From the NCBI GenBank assembly GCA_043228905.1, contig JBHGNT010000008.1, positions 6,572,001-6,636,000 on the forward strand: 64,000 nucleotides of DNA. Reading direction: 5' to 3'. The notes beneath the pieces were generated by a model. It ran no database searches and was not told the origin of the DNA. It saw only the letters and a list, made by a program, of their open reading frames with translations. A program made the position numbers and the translations under genes. Below are positions 11,855 through 26,382 of the stretch, in pieces (within the stretch, counting starts at the first letter, position 1; each line of letters opens with the position of its first letter). The stretch is from Azolla caroliniana (taxonomy: Eukaryota; Plantae; Polypodiophyta).

Positions 11855-14800
11855 CATTGTTCTCCATATGTGCAAAAACCCAACTGAAGGAAGATAGACT
11901 TACTCCTATTAGAGACATCCACACTAAATTGATACACCTCCAAACCATCCTTACCATCGGGCATGAAATAAATCAATGCCTACTATGTTCCAATTCCACC
12001 GAACAAAAGAAACACAATCCTTTAGTAATGTTTCTTTTTTTTAATGCATCCCCTAATGATAAAGCTCCAACCATAACTCTCCAAATAAATACCTTGGCTC
12101 GTAGCATCAATCGAGAACACCAACCTGCCTTGATCATATGAAACCACCAAGTAATGGGCTTATGAAAACCCCATATCTTTATAACCCTTTCTTCCAACCA
12201 CTTATGTTTGTCAATCAACTTGTGATAAGCAACATTCGTTGAGATCATAGTCAATCTCTTATTTCCAACAAACTTCCAATCGAGCTCTTGAGATCGCCCA
12301 TCTAAATCAGGAATTGGCTCATGCGAAGATAGTATTTGTTGCAACTTACCCCAAATAACGTTATAACCTTTTGGAATACGAAATGTTGATCTTATTGTTC
12401 GAAAAGCCATTAATCTTCTTTGTGAAACCAACATAGCATCCTTAACTATTACCAAACCCAATCTAGCCATCCAGTTAAATTGAAGGTTAAGAATTTGTTT
12501 ACCTTCCCACCTCAACAACCTTGATGTTGCCAAAACCTCCATTTGTAATGAATTGGCACATCCCCTTTCTTGTGGGGGATGCCATTCCACAAAATCCAAC
12601 ATACTTTGCCAAGATGTCAACAAATGATTAACTATCATAGACCCTGTACATTTGACATCCCTGTCAAAATTAATTACATTCCACCAATTCGCTTCAACCT
12701 TCATGTTTCCAAGCTTTATTCCGTTCTTCTCTATAAAGTATGCCACCATTTCTATATAAGGTTGTACACCTTCAAACATGAATCGAATGAAAGTAAATCG
12801 ACGAGCCACCATATGCTCATATAGATTAAATATTGATGCCCCACCAAGACGCTTTGGAGTACAAACATGATCCCATGCCAACCATGACAAGGCAAGTCTT
12901 TTCCTTTTTCCTTTCCATAACAACAGTCGTATCGAGCGTGACAACATTTCAAGAGCTTTCTTTGACGATGGGAGCAAAGGAAGATAATAAGATACCATAG
13001 AGACCATAATCGATTGGACCACCTTAAGTCGTACATGAAAAGGCTAAAATTGAAACCTCCAATACATAAACTTATCCTCCAACCTTTTGGATACCTACTC
13101 AATAAGTTTCACATGAGAAACTTCCACCCCAATTGGATATCCAAGATGACGACAAATCATACCACGATGTACTATCCTTCCTGACCACCCCAACCCTAAC
13201 ACATCTTGTTTTGTACATGAAATGAGGACAGATTTATGTATATTAATTCTCAACCCTGAAGCATTTGAAAACAATTCCCACACATCACTTGTCTTACTAA
13301 TATTTTCCCGATTAGGTGCCAAAAACATAATATGGTCATCTACGAGAGCTTGAACAATACATGGCTTCCCTCATGGCAACCTTAGTCCAAGCAATTCTTC
13401 CTCCGTAGCCATATTGTGTAACTTAACAAAAATAGGATGTGTCACAATAGTGAATAGTAAAGGACTTACCGGGCATCCTTGTTTAACTGACCTCTGAATA
13501 GAAATCGGTTGTGTTACTCCTCCATTAAACATCACATGTGAAACCGAACCCTCCCCTAATGTGTATATCAACTTAGACATACGATCACCAAAACCCATAT
13601 GAGATATCAATTGATTTATAAATGACCAATACACATTATCATAGGCTTTCTCGATATCCAATTGTAGCAACACTAATTCTTGTTTAGACTCCTTTGCATA
13701 GTCAATTGCCATTTGAACATTAAAAATATTATGTAAAATGTCTCTTTTTGCTAATCATGAATAATAGAAGGTAAAACCTTATGCAACCTATTCGCCATCA
13801 CTTTTGCAAAAATCTTGTACATCCCCCCCATCAATGAAATGGGCCTCCATTGAGCAAAGGAAGATGAAGAAGGCACCTTTGGCCAAAGCTTGATCAAACC
13901 AATCTTCCAAGAATGAGACATTTCCCCTGATGTCCACACCTTCTGAAATAAATCGTAAAAGGCCCCTTTAACTTAATCACATATTTCTTAAAGAGTTCAT
14001 GTGTTAATCCATGCCACCCAGGACTCTTATCATTAGCAAGATCTGACATGACATGTTCCACCTCATCCTCTGAAATATTAGCATCTAATGATTGTGCCAC
14101 ATCATGCAATACATGATTTTTCACTCCATTAAAAAATACATCTCTATCCTTTTTAACATTATCATCGATACACACTTGTACATCCAACAATTGTGTATAA
14201 TATTCTATGCATTTCTTCATAATTTCTTGAGGATCGAAACACATGATACCATTTTCCTCTAACCTTACCACATTATGTCGTGCATGTGATTCATGAAGGT
14301 CATGAAAAAACTTATGTGATTGACAATTAGCATCATCCACTTCTTGTCTTAGACGATGTAGTCTAGCATATTGATAATTTTTTGCCGTTAGGTCATGCAT
14401 CGCAGAAATTAATACCTCTTGATATCCCATCAACTCTACATTCGTTGGCCAATAAGTTAACGATGAGTTGCATTTAGCAAGCAAATTAACTAGGAGACTT
14501 AATTTCTTTCTCCTTTGAAAAGCATGGTGAATTCCATAATATCTAGTTAACCTCTGAACATTTGCAACAAATACTTCCCACGCTTCATACCCATCAAATT
14601 GAACATGATAGGCAAATGCATCAATCAATTGACACATATAGGCATGGAAGACCTCATGATCCAAAAATGATGAATTAAAAATCAATGGTGGTTTTCCTAA
14701 AAACTCATGAAAACCTCTAATTGAGTGGTGATTGAACTCAAAATTTAATGGGAAATGATCTGATATAATTGACCCATAAGACACTGAAATATCCAAAATC

Positions 14801-14897
14801 TCTAGTAAAAAACCTTCGGTATGCATTACATACATTCGATCTAACCTACTCCAAGTATCCTTATATTGAGCCGATTGAAAGGTATAACTAGCTAGGT
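11855..14897 (-). mobile_element. Degraded L1/Tx1-type LINE ORF2 fragment
   Basis: SRLDRMY...SDHFP (APE end), KSPG..G, WRPISL, LDIEKAYD, QGCPVSP, HLGYPIG, PKRLGG, and a C-terminal CFFC..E..H zinc motif; several frameshifts. Confidence 0.88.
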
Positions 14898-16925
14898 GCA
14901 ACAACAAGGATCAAGTACTCAAGGGATTCATAAAGAGCCCAAGGTCGGCCTTCCTATGAAATTCGATGGAACACGATCACAGTTTAGAGCATTTCTTAAT
15001 CAGGTACGATTAGTCATTCAAATGCATCCTTCCCGATATCCCACCGATGCATCACGAGTGGGTCTAGTAGGCACGTTACTGAGCGGCTCAACTTTGGCAT
15101 GGTTCGCTCTGTTGCTAAGAAAAAAGTTCTCCCTTACTAAATAATTTTGAAGAGTTTATAAGCAAGTTTAAAGCATGTTTTGGAAATACTGATAGCATAA
15201 GGACGACAATCAACACAATTCGACGATTACATCAAGGTGATCATCCAGCCTCCACTTATGCTGCAAATTTTCGTCTACTCGCTTCCGATATCCCCTAGGA
15301 TGACCAAGCATTGATGGAGCAATTTTGATATGGCCTACGAAATGATGTCAAAGATTTACTCCTGACTTTCTCCGAAGAACCAAAATTTCTCACATAGGCA
15401 ATCGATCGAGCGGTATGATGCGATAACCGGCTTTTCGAACGACGTTCAGAATGCCAGTTACAAATGCCAAGGACCAGGTCAGAGCCCACATACACCTCGG
15501 TCGTAGCAAAACCATTTGCAGCGGTGTCATATCATGCATCTTCAGTAAATACTCCAACACCAATGGAAATCGACGCCACAAGTCGTCGTGGACCATTGTC
15601 GGAAGAAGAAAAGCAACGATGTCGAGTAAATCAATCATGTCTTTACTGTGGAGGACCAAGGCATATCGCAATAAACTGTCCACATAGGCCAATAAGACAG
15701 GTAAATCAAATAGTTGTTTGTACTAAACCCGAGTCTTTTTCAGTACAAGTGTTTGATAGTCCAAATAGTACTAATAGCCCAAGTCTATCAAACAAATTTG
15801 ATGTCCTTAGTCAATTAGAAGAAGAGTTAAACAACTACGTTCGGCCAAAATAGGAGTCCTTTGGTTGGACAGCCCTAGATCTGTGCAGCCCATTAGTGGT
15901 TCCATTCCCTCTAAATAAGTTAGCAATGTGTTCTTAGCTCAAGTAACAGTTAGTACGAAAAGTAACCCTCCAGAACATGTCTTAGCACTCCTAGATTCTG
16001 AAGCTAATTCTTGCTTCATGGATAGGAATTTTTCCCAAGCTCATCAAATATCCCTAAGAAAACTCCCTTGTCTCGCCTCCATATAGTCATTGATGTTCGT
16101 CCCATTGCTTCCGGAAATATCATAGAAGAGTTAGAGCCAGTTAATATTGTCCTAGATAATTTAGCCAGTGTAGTATAATTTAATATAATTAGTAGCCTAG
16201 AACATCCCATTGTTTTGGGATTACCATGGTTCGAATTACATAACCCAAACATAGATTGGAGAACAAGAGAAATCTGGTATCGACAAACCCGATGATCTAC
16301 TCATGGGATTGCAACCATTTCGCTACATCAATTGTGTGAGGAAGGACTCAAGGAAGCAATGTTCGTCTTCGAGGTATCAGTAAAACCTGCCAACACCACC
16401 AAAGAGGAATCCACAGTTCAACTTCCAAAGAAGTATCGTCATTATGCCGATGTGTTCAATAAGGTACAAGCCAATACGCTTCCTCACCACTGACCGTATG
16501 ATTGCCCCATTGATTTACAACGGGGGAAAGAGCCACCATGGGAATCGATCCACAACTTGTCACCAACCGAGTTAGAAGTCCTTCGAGCTTATATAGAGGA
16601 GAATCTGGCAAACGGTTTCATTCGACATTCGAAATCTCCAGCCGGCGCACCCATTTTCTTTGTCAAGAAAAAGGATGGATCACTTCATCTCGTCGTAGAT
16701 TAATGTGGCTTGAAAAAGGTCACCATCAGGAATAGGTATGCACTCCCCCTTATCTCAAGTCTTTTAGAACGGATCAATGGTGCAAGGTCGTTCACAAAGA
16801 TCGACTTACGAGCATATAACCTCGTACGGATCCAACCAGGAGATGAATGGAAGACCGCATTTCGCACTAGATATGGGCACTTCGAGTATACGGTCATGCC
16901 ATTAGGTCTCACTAATGCGCCAACA
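14898..16925 (+). mobile_element. Degraded Ty3/gypsy chromovirus-type fragment (Tcn1/Sushi-like gag, protease, start of RT)
   Basis: PMKFDGTRSQFRAFL, PMEID..., CLYCG...H...C, ALLDSxANSCFMD, [37 protein letters not shown]. No LTRs seen. Confidence 0.85.
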
Positions 16926-18139
16926 TTTGATATCCTTCTATTACATTCAAGATACGACCACGTTTTAGGTTAATGAAAGGAAGCTCATTATGTTCAAGAG
17001 GGCAGGTTAGAAACCAAGTTCATACTCAATGTTCATAGAGTGGTTCACCAGTAAAGGACTACATAAGTTGTGAGCAATTGTTGGAAATTTATCATTCTTT
17101 TATTTCATAGTACTAAAAATGTATAATATAATTAGGAACATGAGTAACATTGACAACATATATAAACTTACATTAGTCTGAAACATGTTCAATGGTTGCT
17201 AAGACATCATAAATGCTAAACATTGCATATCTGAAATGTAAGTGATATTAAAGACTCTCTACATTATAATACAAGACACACATGAGAATTTACCTCCCTA
17301 ATAACCATAGAATTGTTTTTATTGTTTCTCTATTTTTAACCATAGAAAAGGACCTTGAAATTTAGGTGGTTAAAATTAAGATATGAAAAGGAAGACCAAA
17401 AGGATAGGATCCTAAAAAATTTATGATAGTAACTAGAATTTAAAAACATCTAGTTAGAGAGTAACCAAAATCCATGGTGAGAACATTGTTACACTCGTAC
17501 TGTGTACATAAAAAGGTAGTTGCACAAAGCAAAGTTCAAACTCAAAACTTTCCAGTTGCAAATACACCTTTGTAAGGTGTCCTACTTAACCTTTATCATA
17601 AATGTAGTTGTTTTTGGAATGTTTCACATTCGCTACATGTGCAATACTTGGTGTCATCCCATCCTTTCAAGTGGTGTGATGGTAAATTATCCTAGAAATC
17701 AAGACCTATATATAGAGTTGCCTCAAATTTTTATAACCATCATGGCTCAATGCCAAACTTGAGCCTTCTAAGAATCTATCTAATGTTTCTATGTACCATT
17801 AGGCTATTTTATTCATGATTATATATCAAATCTCTTGTTGAGCTTGTGCATATTTTTTGTTTATTTTCATATTTCTTTACAATATCATGTATGACTTTCA
17901 TAGAAACCGCTTAAATGCATTGTAAATTCTAGTCTTTGACAATAAGATGTTGACCATATCCGAGGACCTAAAGGGAGAGAGAAGAAATATCCTAAAACAA
18001 TTAACATGATTTGCACATACATTACATGTCTTACGCTCATATTTCATTTGAATATTTAGTATAGTATATCACTCAACTACTATCATCGTTTTCATGCTTT
18101 AATTATTTTGGATATGCATCAAGACTTCTAGTTCACTAC

Positions 18140-18663
18140 TAACAATCGGCAACGGTTGTACCGAACCGAACCACGAAACCGCGGCTTAACAATTTCAACA
18201 GTTCGGTTCGGTTTGGTTCAGTTTTATGTTTTTTAAAATGGTTCAGTTTTGTTTTAACAGTCAGAAACCGCGGTTTAAACGGTTTACCAGTTTTTTGTTT
18301 TTTATTTTTTATTTTTTATTTTTTATTTTTTATTTTTTATTTTTTATTTTTTATTTTTTTTAAACAAATTTTTAAAAAAATTATAAAAATTGTTTTTAAA
18401 CAATCTTTTCATTTTAAGACCTTATTCTCACATTTTAGGAAAATCTTTAAATTTTTAAATTTTTAAAATATTATAAATTTAAAAAAATTATATTTTTGAC
18501 CTATGTTGAAAACTGAAACCAAACCACGAAACCACAATTTTTACGGTTTAACAGTTTGAAATTTGTTTAATGGTTTCGTGGTTTGGTTTGGTTCAGGTTT
18601 CAAAATTTTTAAATGGTTCGGTTTGGACCCCCTCAAACTAAACCGAACCGTTGCCGATTGTTA
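18140..18663. mobile_element. hAT-type MITE
   Basis: TIR TAACAATCGGCAACGGTT...AACCGTTGCCGATTGTTA, 8-bp TSD ttcactac on both sides, AACCG subterminal repeats. Confidence 0.92.
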
Positions 18664-21600
18664 TTCACTACATTGTATTCCATTCTTCGTAGGTTTTCAC
18701 TTCATGAGGTTTCCCACGTAGAATATAATGCAAGATAGAGACAAACAATGTATACAGACAAGAAGCGTGAATAACTCATACTCAAGCAAATCAATAAAGA
18801 AGAATGATAATTAAGGATAGGATGAAGTGGACATTGTCGATCAAAATTGTTCATATGAAACATTGAGGATTTATGATGACTCACTAGTGTCTATACTTCA
18901 TTGGTAAATACAAAGTATTAATCCACTATGTGCTTCTCATTGGATAGGGAAGGGAATAGTGTCATGAATTTACCATTAAGAGGTCGGTCAATTTGCTGAA
19001 ATATTGGGCACACAAAAGAGGGTAGATCAAAGAGGAATGCTTTACTGAAAAAAGTGGAGACTGATCCGTAAATCCATACATATTGGATTTGCTAGTGATG
19101 CAATTCCTTGCATATTATTAAAAAAATACATTATGGCAGATAGCTTGAAAATTACATTTGTAAAACAATGCTCAAATCCATGGTGAGAAACGATCATAGG
19201 ATGTCCATAGTGTTGAGCCCACTAGATGGCAAATAAAAAATGCGGACCATGTCCTATCAAATATGTAGTCATGGTGTTTAGATATTATAAGACATGGTAT
19301 TCCTACAATACTATACAAGACTGCATCAATTTGTGTAATGCTCATCTTTTTTCCAAATGGGAATGTCGAGGAAGCCTCAATCGAACATCGGAAAAAGTCG
19401 ATGCTTGTGAGAAAGGATGAAGTGAAAAGCCATTTAGATCTAAATATGATCGTGTTAAAGGGAAGATCACATGGGTAGTAGTTCACGGTGTAGACAATAT
19501 TTCACACCTTCAATCACGTTGTCTATTTCTATAAGTTTAGTACATAAGTGTTTGTGTAATTATTTTCTATGGTTAGCGTGTTTGGAAGCATTGAAAACCA
19601 AGGTAGTTATAATATAAGATCAACTAATAAAGATATCTACGCACTTAATCCTTTAAATATGGCGATCTTGCCACAAGAATAGAAAATATGCAACATTGGT
19701 TATTACAAACTCACCTTCGTCTTCTTCTTCTTCTTCTTCTTCTACTATGTTTTATACCTACATGTAATGTTTACAAAGCTTTACTTTTAAAATATTTCCA
19801 TTATTTTCCGAAACACTAGATCAACGGACTAAACACATCTTGGAATATGCCTCTACCATCGATCGAGACACTTTCATATGACGTATTGTGTATGAAGGTA
19901 TGTAGCTAGTATTAAATGGGTCTTATTCCCTAGGATCAAATGTAATGACCGAAAGGTGCATTTTACTTTAATGCAAATCTAAACTTTACTTCGAAATTGA
20001 CAACGAAGTGCTCAATATTTTATCGAGTGACGATAGCAGTCACATAAATAAGATAAACATTTAAAAGGATGTTAACTTGTCACTACAGTGTGTCGTAGTC
20101 GAATTGGACAAATTAAGGTTAGAAAGAGAAAACCTTGTTGTAAACTACAACTATTGACAGGAAATACAAATAAGATAAAAGTTGGCAACTAACAATAGTA
20201 TACCAATATTGTTTTACCCTTAATATCTTTTTGAAAATCACCTTATGCCCCTTATCGAAAAAGTTGGTATGCCCCACATAATCGACAAAATCGATCCATT
20301 AAGTAGGCTGATGCAACTAGAGAACTTACATATTTAGTTGTGGATTACTTTAGAATTAGCTAGTTAACACTCGCATACCAATTATCGGATTGTTGTATAA
20401 TTACATAACGTAAAATATAAGGATAATAATGTCATAAATGTCGTGGTGGTTAATATTTTAATTAGCATCATTCAAGTTGCAATTTGAAACCTTGCTTTCT
20501 CTCTCTCAATTATTATGTGCACAAACCTCATATGACTTTTGCACCTTGGACACACTTAGGCTCGCTTCATAGACATACATGTGTATGCTCTCTAATCAAG
20601 CATAGGAGTTGTTCAAAAGAAAACACATGAGCCACAAGCGGTTACACCCTCTATGCCAAGAGAGAATATTGTCTTGTAGCACTATTTTTTCAGTCCCATA
20701 TGTCATGAGTTTCACTTCTACAAAGCGTCAATTTTGACAATCATCTCTCTTTCTCTCATACACATCAACACACTTGCATGTTCTCATTATTTGTTCAATG
20801 TAAGTCTCTATGCGAGGAGTAAGGAAAATAGTGTTTTCTTTACTACTAATGCATAGCAATTGCTATGCTAGGCATGGACACTTACCCAACAATGGGTAAC
20901 CAATATTCATCCTCGTGTATTTGTGTGAGATATAGATAAGTTGTAGGTTGAATGGATATTGAGTACGTATTAAAGGGTTTTAAATGACTCAAAGTGGGAT
21001 ACTCATGTTGTTATATGGGTCCTTGCTTTTTTCATACCCGCCTAGCGCTCACACTTTATTGTTAATACCTTGAAGTTCACAGTTTGTAATAAAAATGGTG
21101 TAAAACAAAAAGAAAAGAAAAAAGTGTGTAAGAGAATCACAAAGTTCATTTTCCCTAAGTTCTATACCCTTTCAAACTAGGCTTTCAAAATCAATAGATT
21201 GCCTCCAAGCATGACGCAATGTTGTAAAGAAATGTTTCGCATGTATACTTATGATAAAATATAAATAAAAAAATATGAGTATAGTGGTGATCACGCAAAG
21301 AGCTAGATTTTGGTATTATTGGATCCATTGCAAAGAATGATGAAAAAGAAATTCAAATGCCACGTATTATCATGCTACATGACATGAGTTAACGTTTAGA
21401 ATAATTGTACGTTCATCATATATTATGATTTTAATCAAGACGTGCCACATCTATAGTTACTATAGGATATGTGTGTCTTTCTATGCGAAATTGTTGGTGT
21501 GCACGTGTCCAAACATCAATCTACAGAGGCAATTAAAATGATATAAATCATTGAGACATTTTGTTCCCCGTAGGTTCTAGAACCTTTAATCATTTTATAA

Positions 21601-22250
21601 AGGTGTTGGACAACCATAATGCACGTACCTACATCGTTCATTTTAAAGGGAGGCTACATATTTAACGTTCAAGCGACAAAGTAGTTGTATGAACATGACG
21701 GGAAATAAAGTGATTAAATAACCTTGGAGTTAGCGTTTCTGCCACCTAGCACCAACTTTGGTTATTAGATAATAAGGATTGTTATTATTTCGCAAACGTG
21801 GAATAACAGGTGAAGGATAATACTACGGGATACAAATTCATTGAGTATGTATCCTACTAGGAATAAAGGTAAGGTTGAGAGAGAGATAGATGCATATAGA
21901 TGCTACAACATTGGCATGAGAGTGAGCATATCCATAACCATTAACTATGGGCTCATGAGAGAGAAGGAAATGTGCATATGCTTGTGGCAATTCCTCCATC
22001 TTTTCCATACACATTTTATAACAATTCACTATTTTATTCCTTGGCCACATTATCTCGAAATAAAGTTTTGGTTACGCTCACTCTGTGTTGAGCTTAAAAG
22101 GTTCAAATAGGTTTTCACTATTCCTTATAAGACATTAATATATCTTTCCTTCTTTTATAGAGCCAAAAGATATCCTATTTCCATGCGTACCTTGAAGTCA
22201 GAACTCATGGCATCATTAAGATATCAAAGTCAAACAAAAAAATGAAGATT

Positions 22251-22276
22251 GGGGGGGGGGGGGGGGGGGGGGGGGG
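22251..22276. repeat. Poly-G run
   Basis: About 26 consecutive G. Confidence 0.9.
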
Positions 22277-25200
22277 TGTTGCTACATGAGGACATGGAAG
22301 TTGAAAGTCAAAACTTCTTCATCATGTCATGTAGTACCGTAAATATTTCCAGAATAACATATCAGTGCTAGTCACCTAAGCTCACTCAAAGACAAGAAGT
22401 CATTCAAAAAGGCTAGGTTGCTGGCAAAAGCACACTCCTTGGTGAGCATTTTGTGATTAATTTGAGTTTCGGCTCTTTAGTTATTGTAAAAATTCAAGGT
22501 TGTATTACACTCATCCACTCTCCAAGTTCAATGTATGCATGGAAAACGTGTACGTTTGAATTCTGAAATTGATTTTTCACAATTCTATTCACTTGAGAGA
22601 GAGTGATGTGAGAGATGGAAGTGATGGTGATCATGACGAGGATGTATAATAAGTCTTTGAAGTAGGAATGGCTTACATTATATGAGGTTATCATAACCTA
22701 TATGATAATTTCAAACATGAAAAGATAACGCCCTACTGGGGTTTATGTGAACAAGAAGGGAGGGCACTTCTAGGAGCAACTTTATATGAAATCAGCAAGT
22801 AAAAATATTAGTGAGAACGTCACTAGGACCATTATTTTTCTATCGAAAATAAAATGAATTATTAAAGGCCATGATAGCATGAAATTATATATTATGTAAG
22901 ATTATTCAATTCATGCAAATGATGTTTGAGTTGTCTCAAGTGATGTTTCGAAATTTTAACATATATTTACATGTTATGTTGCAATACTTGGTTTTTGTTT
23001 GTTAATGTGAAAAACACATCGATAAGAGGTTCAAGCCATGTTGCTATCATATAGTAGACCTAAAGCTATGAACAGTGACTTTTATATTATTAACGTTTAC
23101 TTACTACGATACAAATAGAAATCCAATTATTTCAAATCTTTATATTTGGCCCAATTTGTGCTTGCTTCTAGCATACGTTTATTTAAGTCGGTTAGGGAAA
23201 TAATATTTGTATTCACTGCAAGTGTAGTCATCTCGTTTCAAAGCTATAAAATGTTTGGGAAATAATATCTGTTAAGGTCAAGAGCATAGACTAATATGTG
23301 AGCTGTAACAATTTCAGGATATATTGGACTTGTACACTTAGGTCAAAACTCAAACTGGCATGGAAAGGTAAACTCAATGTCAAAACTTACGAGCAAAGAT
23401 TGTGGAAATTATATAGTGAGCACACCTGAATTCAAACTAATAGAGAATGGTGTATGATATTGTATTCTAAAGTTGTTATTTATAGTCATGAAAGTGACAC
23501 AACAAGTTGGTCCTGCATACGATTGATTGACAAGAACTGAAAGCTTGGTTTTATCACAACTAGAACCTTCATATGCACACGTTCGAGAATTTCCTGACAA
23601 TGTGTGCATTCGTTCTTTGGATATGTAGAGGTACTTCACGTTGCTTACATTCCATGGCTGACAACTTGACATGGTAAAATTACGAAAAGAATTTATACAA
23701 ACCATTTTTGGTGTACAAAAAGAGTAACTTGATTGGCATCGCATGTGTAGAAACATAGCATCCGAACCATAAAGGAAAAACCTCAAATCCATCCAATCTT
23801 GATATTCCATGAGCAAACTTTTTGTGTTTCATGTGTGAAACACATTTTACTTCTAAGTGAAATGAGAAATTACTGAAAAAACATGATGCGCATGTGAACC
23901 ATGGATGTAACTTTGTTTTAAAAAAAAGACAAATGGAGAAGGTATCCTTGAAGGTTGTTTCAACAAACTTAACCTTTTTAAGGTTTTCTCAACACAAGTG
24001 AACCATGGCCTGCAAGTTGTCATCTGAAAAGCATCTGGAAGCTCTAGTCCCTTCTTTTTTACGTTCACTAAAATATAAAATCTTAAAAAGCTAATTAAGG
24101 TTGAAGTTTATACTTAATAATAAAAGTCCACTCATATGCAAAGCCTTTCTTAACTCTGATGCAGTACTTATGAAAACAACATTGAAGTTGAAGCCTTCTC
24201 GGACCTTCACATGGTTCCAACACTTTCGATCAGTGAGGCATATATATATATATACAAATATATGTGCATGTACCTTTATATATACATATCTTGCAATTCG
24301 AATTTCAAAGTTTAATGTAATATGTTTCAAAAATAACCCATGTTTTGGGATGCTCTTATTAAGTAGATTGTCTAGAAATTACCCATGAAACTGAAAACCT
24401 TTAATCTAGGAATCAACGTAATTGTGGACAAAGGTTGCGAAATCATAGCTACTTACTTAATCAACTTATGAAATTTCTCTTGACCATGTGAACAACAATG
24501 TTCATTCATACCCATGACATGAAGTTTACGCCTAAATCTACAACAATTTTACCCTTCGGGTCATATTTGCTGAATCTCGAAAACAAGCATGAAACTCATC
24601 TTAACTGGAGGGTCTAATTAGATCTCCACAAGTATGTGGCTAATAATATTGGAGGCAGATCATCTACAAATCCAATTCCAACACCTGGATGCTAAACGTC
24701 ACACAACACATGACAAGACGGACGTAGCAAAAGTTCTATCTACTAAGCTAGGGGCATGATACAAGCAAATGGTTTAAGAAATTGGGATGTGACAACACTA
24801 TTAGAAATACACAAGAACGATATATGGCCACAACAACAAACATCAAATCACGTGCTTGCAAGATACAGTGAAAGCATGTTGAACCAACGGATGATACGAA
24901 TAGCAAAGTACAAAATTATACAAGGCTCACGTAAACCCGATATATGCTAGGGAACGAATGAATTATGTCAAGCAAATGATGAGACATACATTGCAAACTA
25001 CATCCTTCTCATCACCCATAGCATCCATTTAACGCTAGAAATGCAATCTTCAACCCCTAATCATGAGACCAAGGATGAGGCAAGAGTCAAGCATCTCATG
25101 AGACGACAATGATGATGACATCGATTCATGATTCGTGACCATTCAGCGATGGTTCCCACGACCATGAGTTATCGTGTAAAACCTGCACCAACCTCAAGCA

Positions 25201-25298
25201 AGCAAGCACATACACGAGCGGAATGTGGCGGCTATCGTGAGCTATAATGAGATTTTAAGTGACACCCTAGGGATATGAGGATGGTCCATCACTCTCTC

Positions 25299-25791
25299 TA
25301 ACAATCGGTAACGGTTCGGTTCAAACCGAACCGAACCGCGAAACCGTGGTTTAACGGCTTAACGGTTTCAATGGTTCGGTTTGGTTTCAACAGTAAAAAA
25401 CCGCAGTTTAAACGGTTTAATGGTTTTTATTTTTTAAAATTTTTATTAAAAAATTTTAAAAATTGTTTTTAAACAACCTTTTCATTTTTACACCTTATTC
25501 TCACATTTTAGGAACATCTAAAAAAATTTTAAAATTCTATATAATGAAATATTATAAATTTTAAAAAATAAAAAATAAAAAAATAGACCTATGTTGAAAA
25601 CCGAAACCGAACCACGAAACCGCGGTTTTTACGGTTTAACGGTTTAACGGTTTGAAATATGTTTAATGGTTCAGTTTAACAGTTTCACGGTTCGGTTCGG
25701 TTCGGTTTAGGTTTAAAAAAAAAATTTAACCGGTTCGGTTCCAAACCGGTTTGGACCCTCTCAAACCGAACCGAACCGTTGCCGATTGTTA
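25299..25791. mobile_element. hAT-type MITE (same family), ~0.6 kb upstream of the WRKY start codon
   Basis: Same TIRs; 8-bp TSD actctctc at 25291-25298 and 25792-25799. Confidence 0.92.
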
Positions 25792-26382
25792 ACTCTCTCT
25801 GCAGTTTAGTTTAGTCATATAAGGAGGAGGGACACGAAAGAAGAGAGTGTACGAGCGGAATGTGGCAAGCTATCGTGAGCTATATAACGAGATTTTAAGT
25901 GACCCAATGCAGATTATAACGAGATTTAAAGTGACACAATGACAGACAAGCAGGAGGATGCCTGAGGTACCCGAATAGACTCTAGATGTCTCTTGTAGGA
26001 TCACTGGATCTTTTCGGGTAGACTTATAGACGAGACGCGAGGGAGTGTTGCAGAGGGTCATGTGTCCGAGGGAGGGTCAGGTAACCCGAGGTATCGATAT
26101 ATGTACATATGTATGTATTATGTTGGTTATATATTCATGTGGTGCCTATAATCTATAAATATCTCATATAACTGAAGACATTATTATTGTGTGCTTTTTG
26201 TTTTATACAAGTGTGAATATAAATTGTTAGAAGCTTTTCTAATGCAAACCCCCCCCCCCCCCCCCCCCCCAAACAAAAACTTCTCCTTTTGCTCTTTTTT
26301 TTTTGTGTGTGTGTTTTGCTTTTTGTTGCTTTTTTGTTTTTTGTTTTTGTTTTTTGCTTGCAGGGTTGAGATTTTCCCTCTT

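Noticed and set aside
22251-22276. Functional G-quadruplex at the poly-G (and poly-C at 26248-26270)
   Set aside because: Homopolymer lengths are unreliable and nothing else supports a function.
18700-24100. Possible decayed DNA-transposase fragments (ORFs near 19200 and 23400-24070)
   Set aside because: No recognisable motifs; a translated homology search would be needed.
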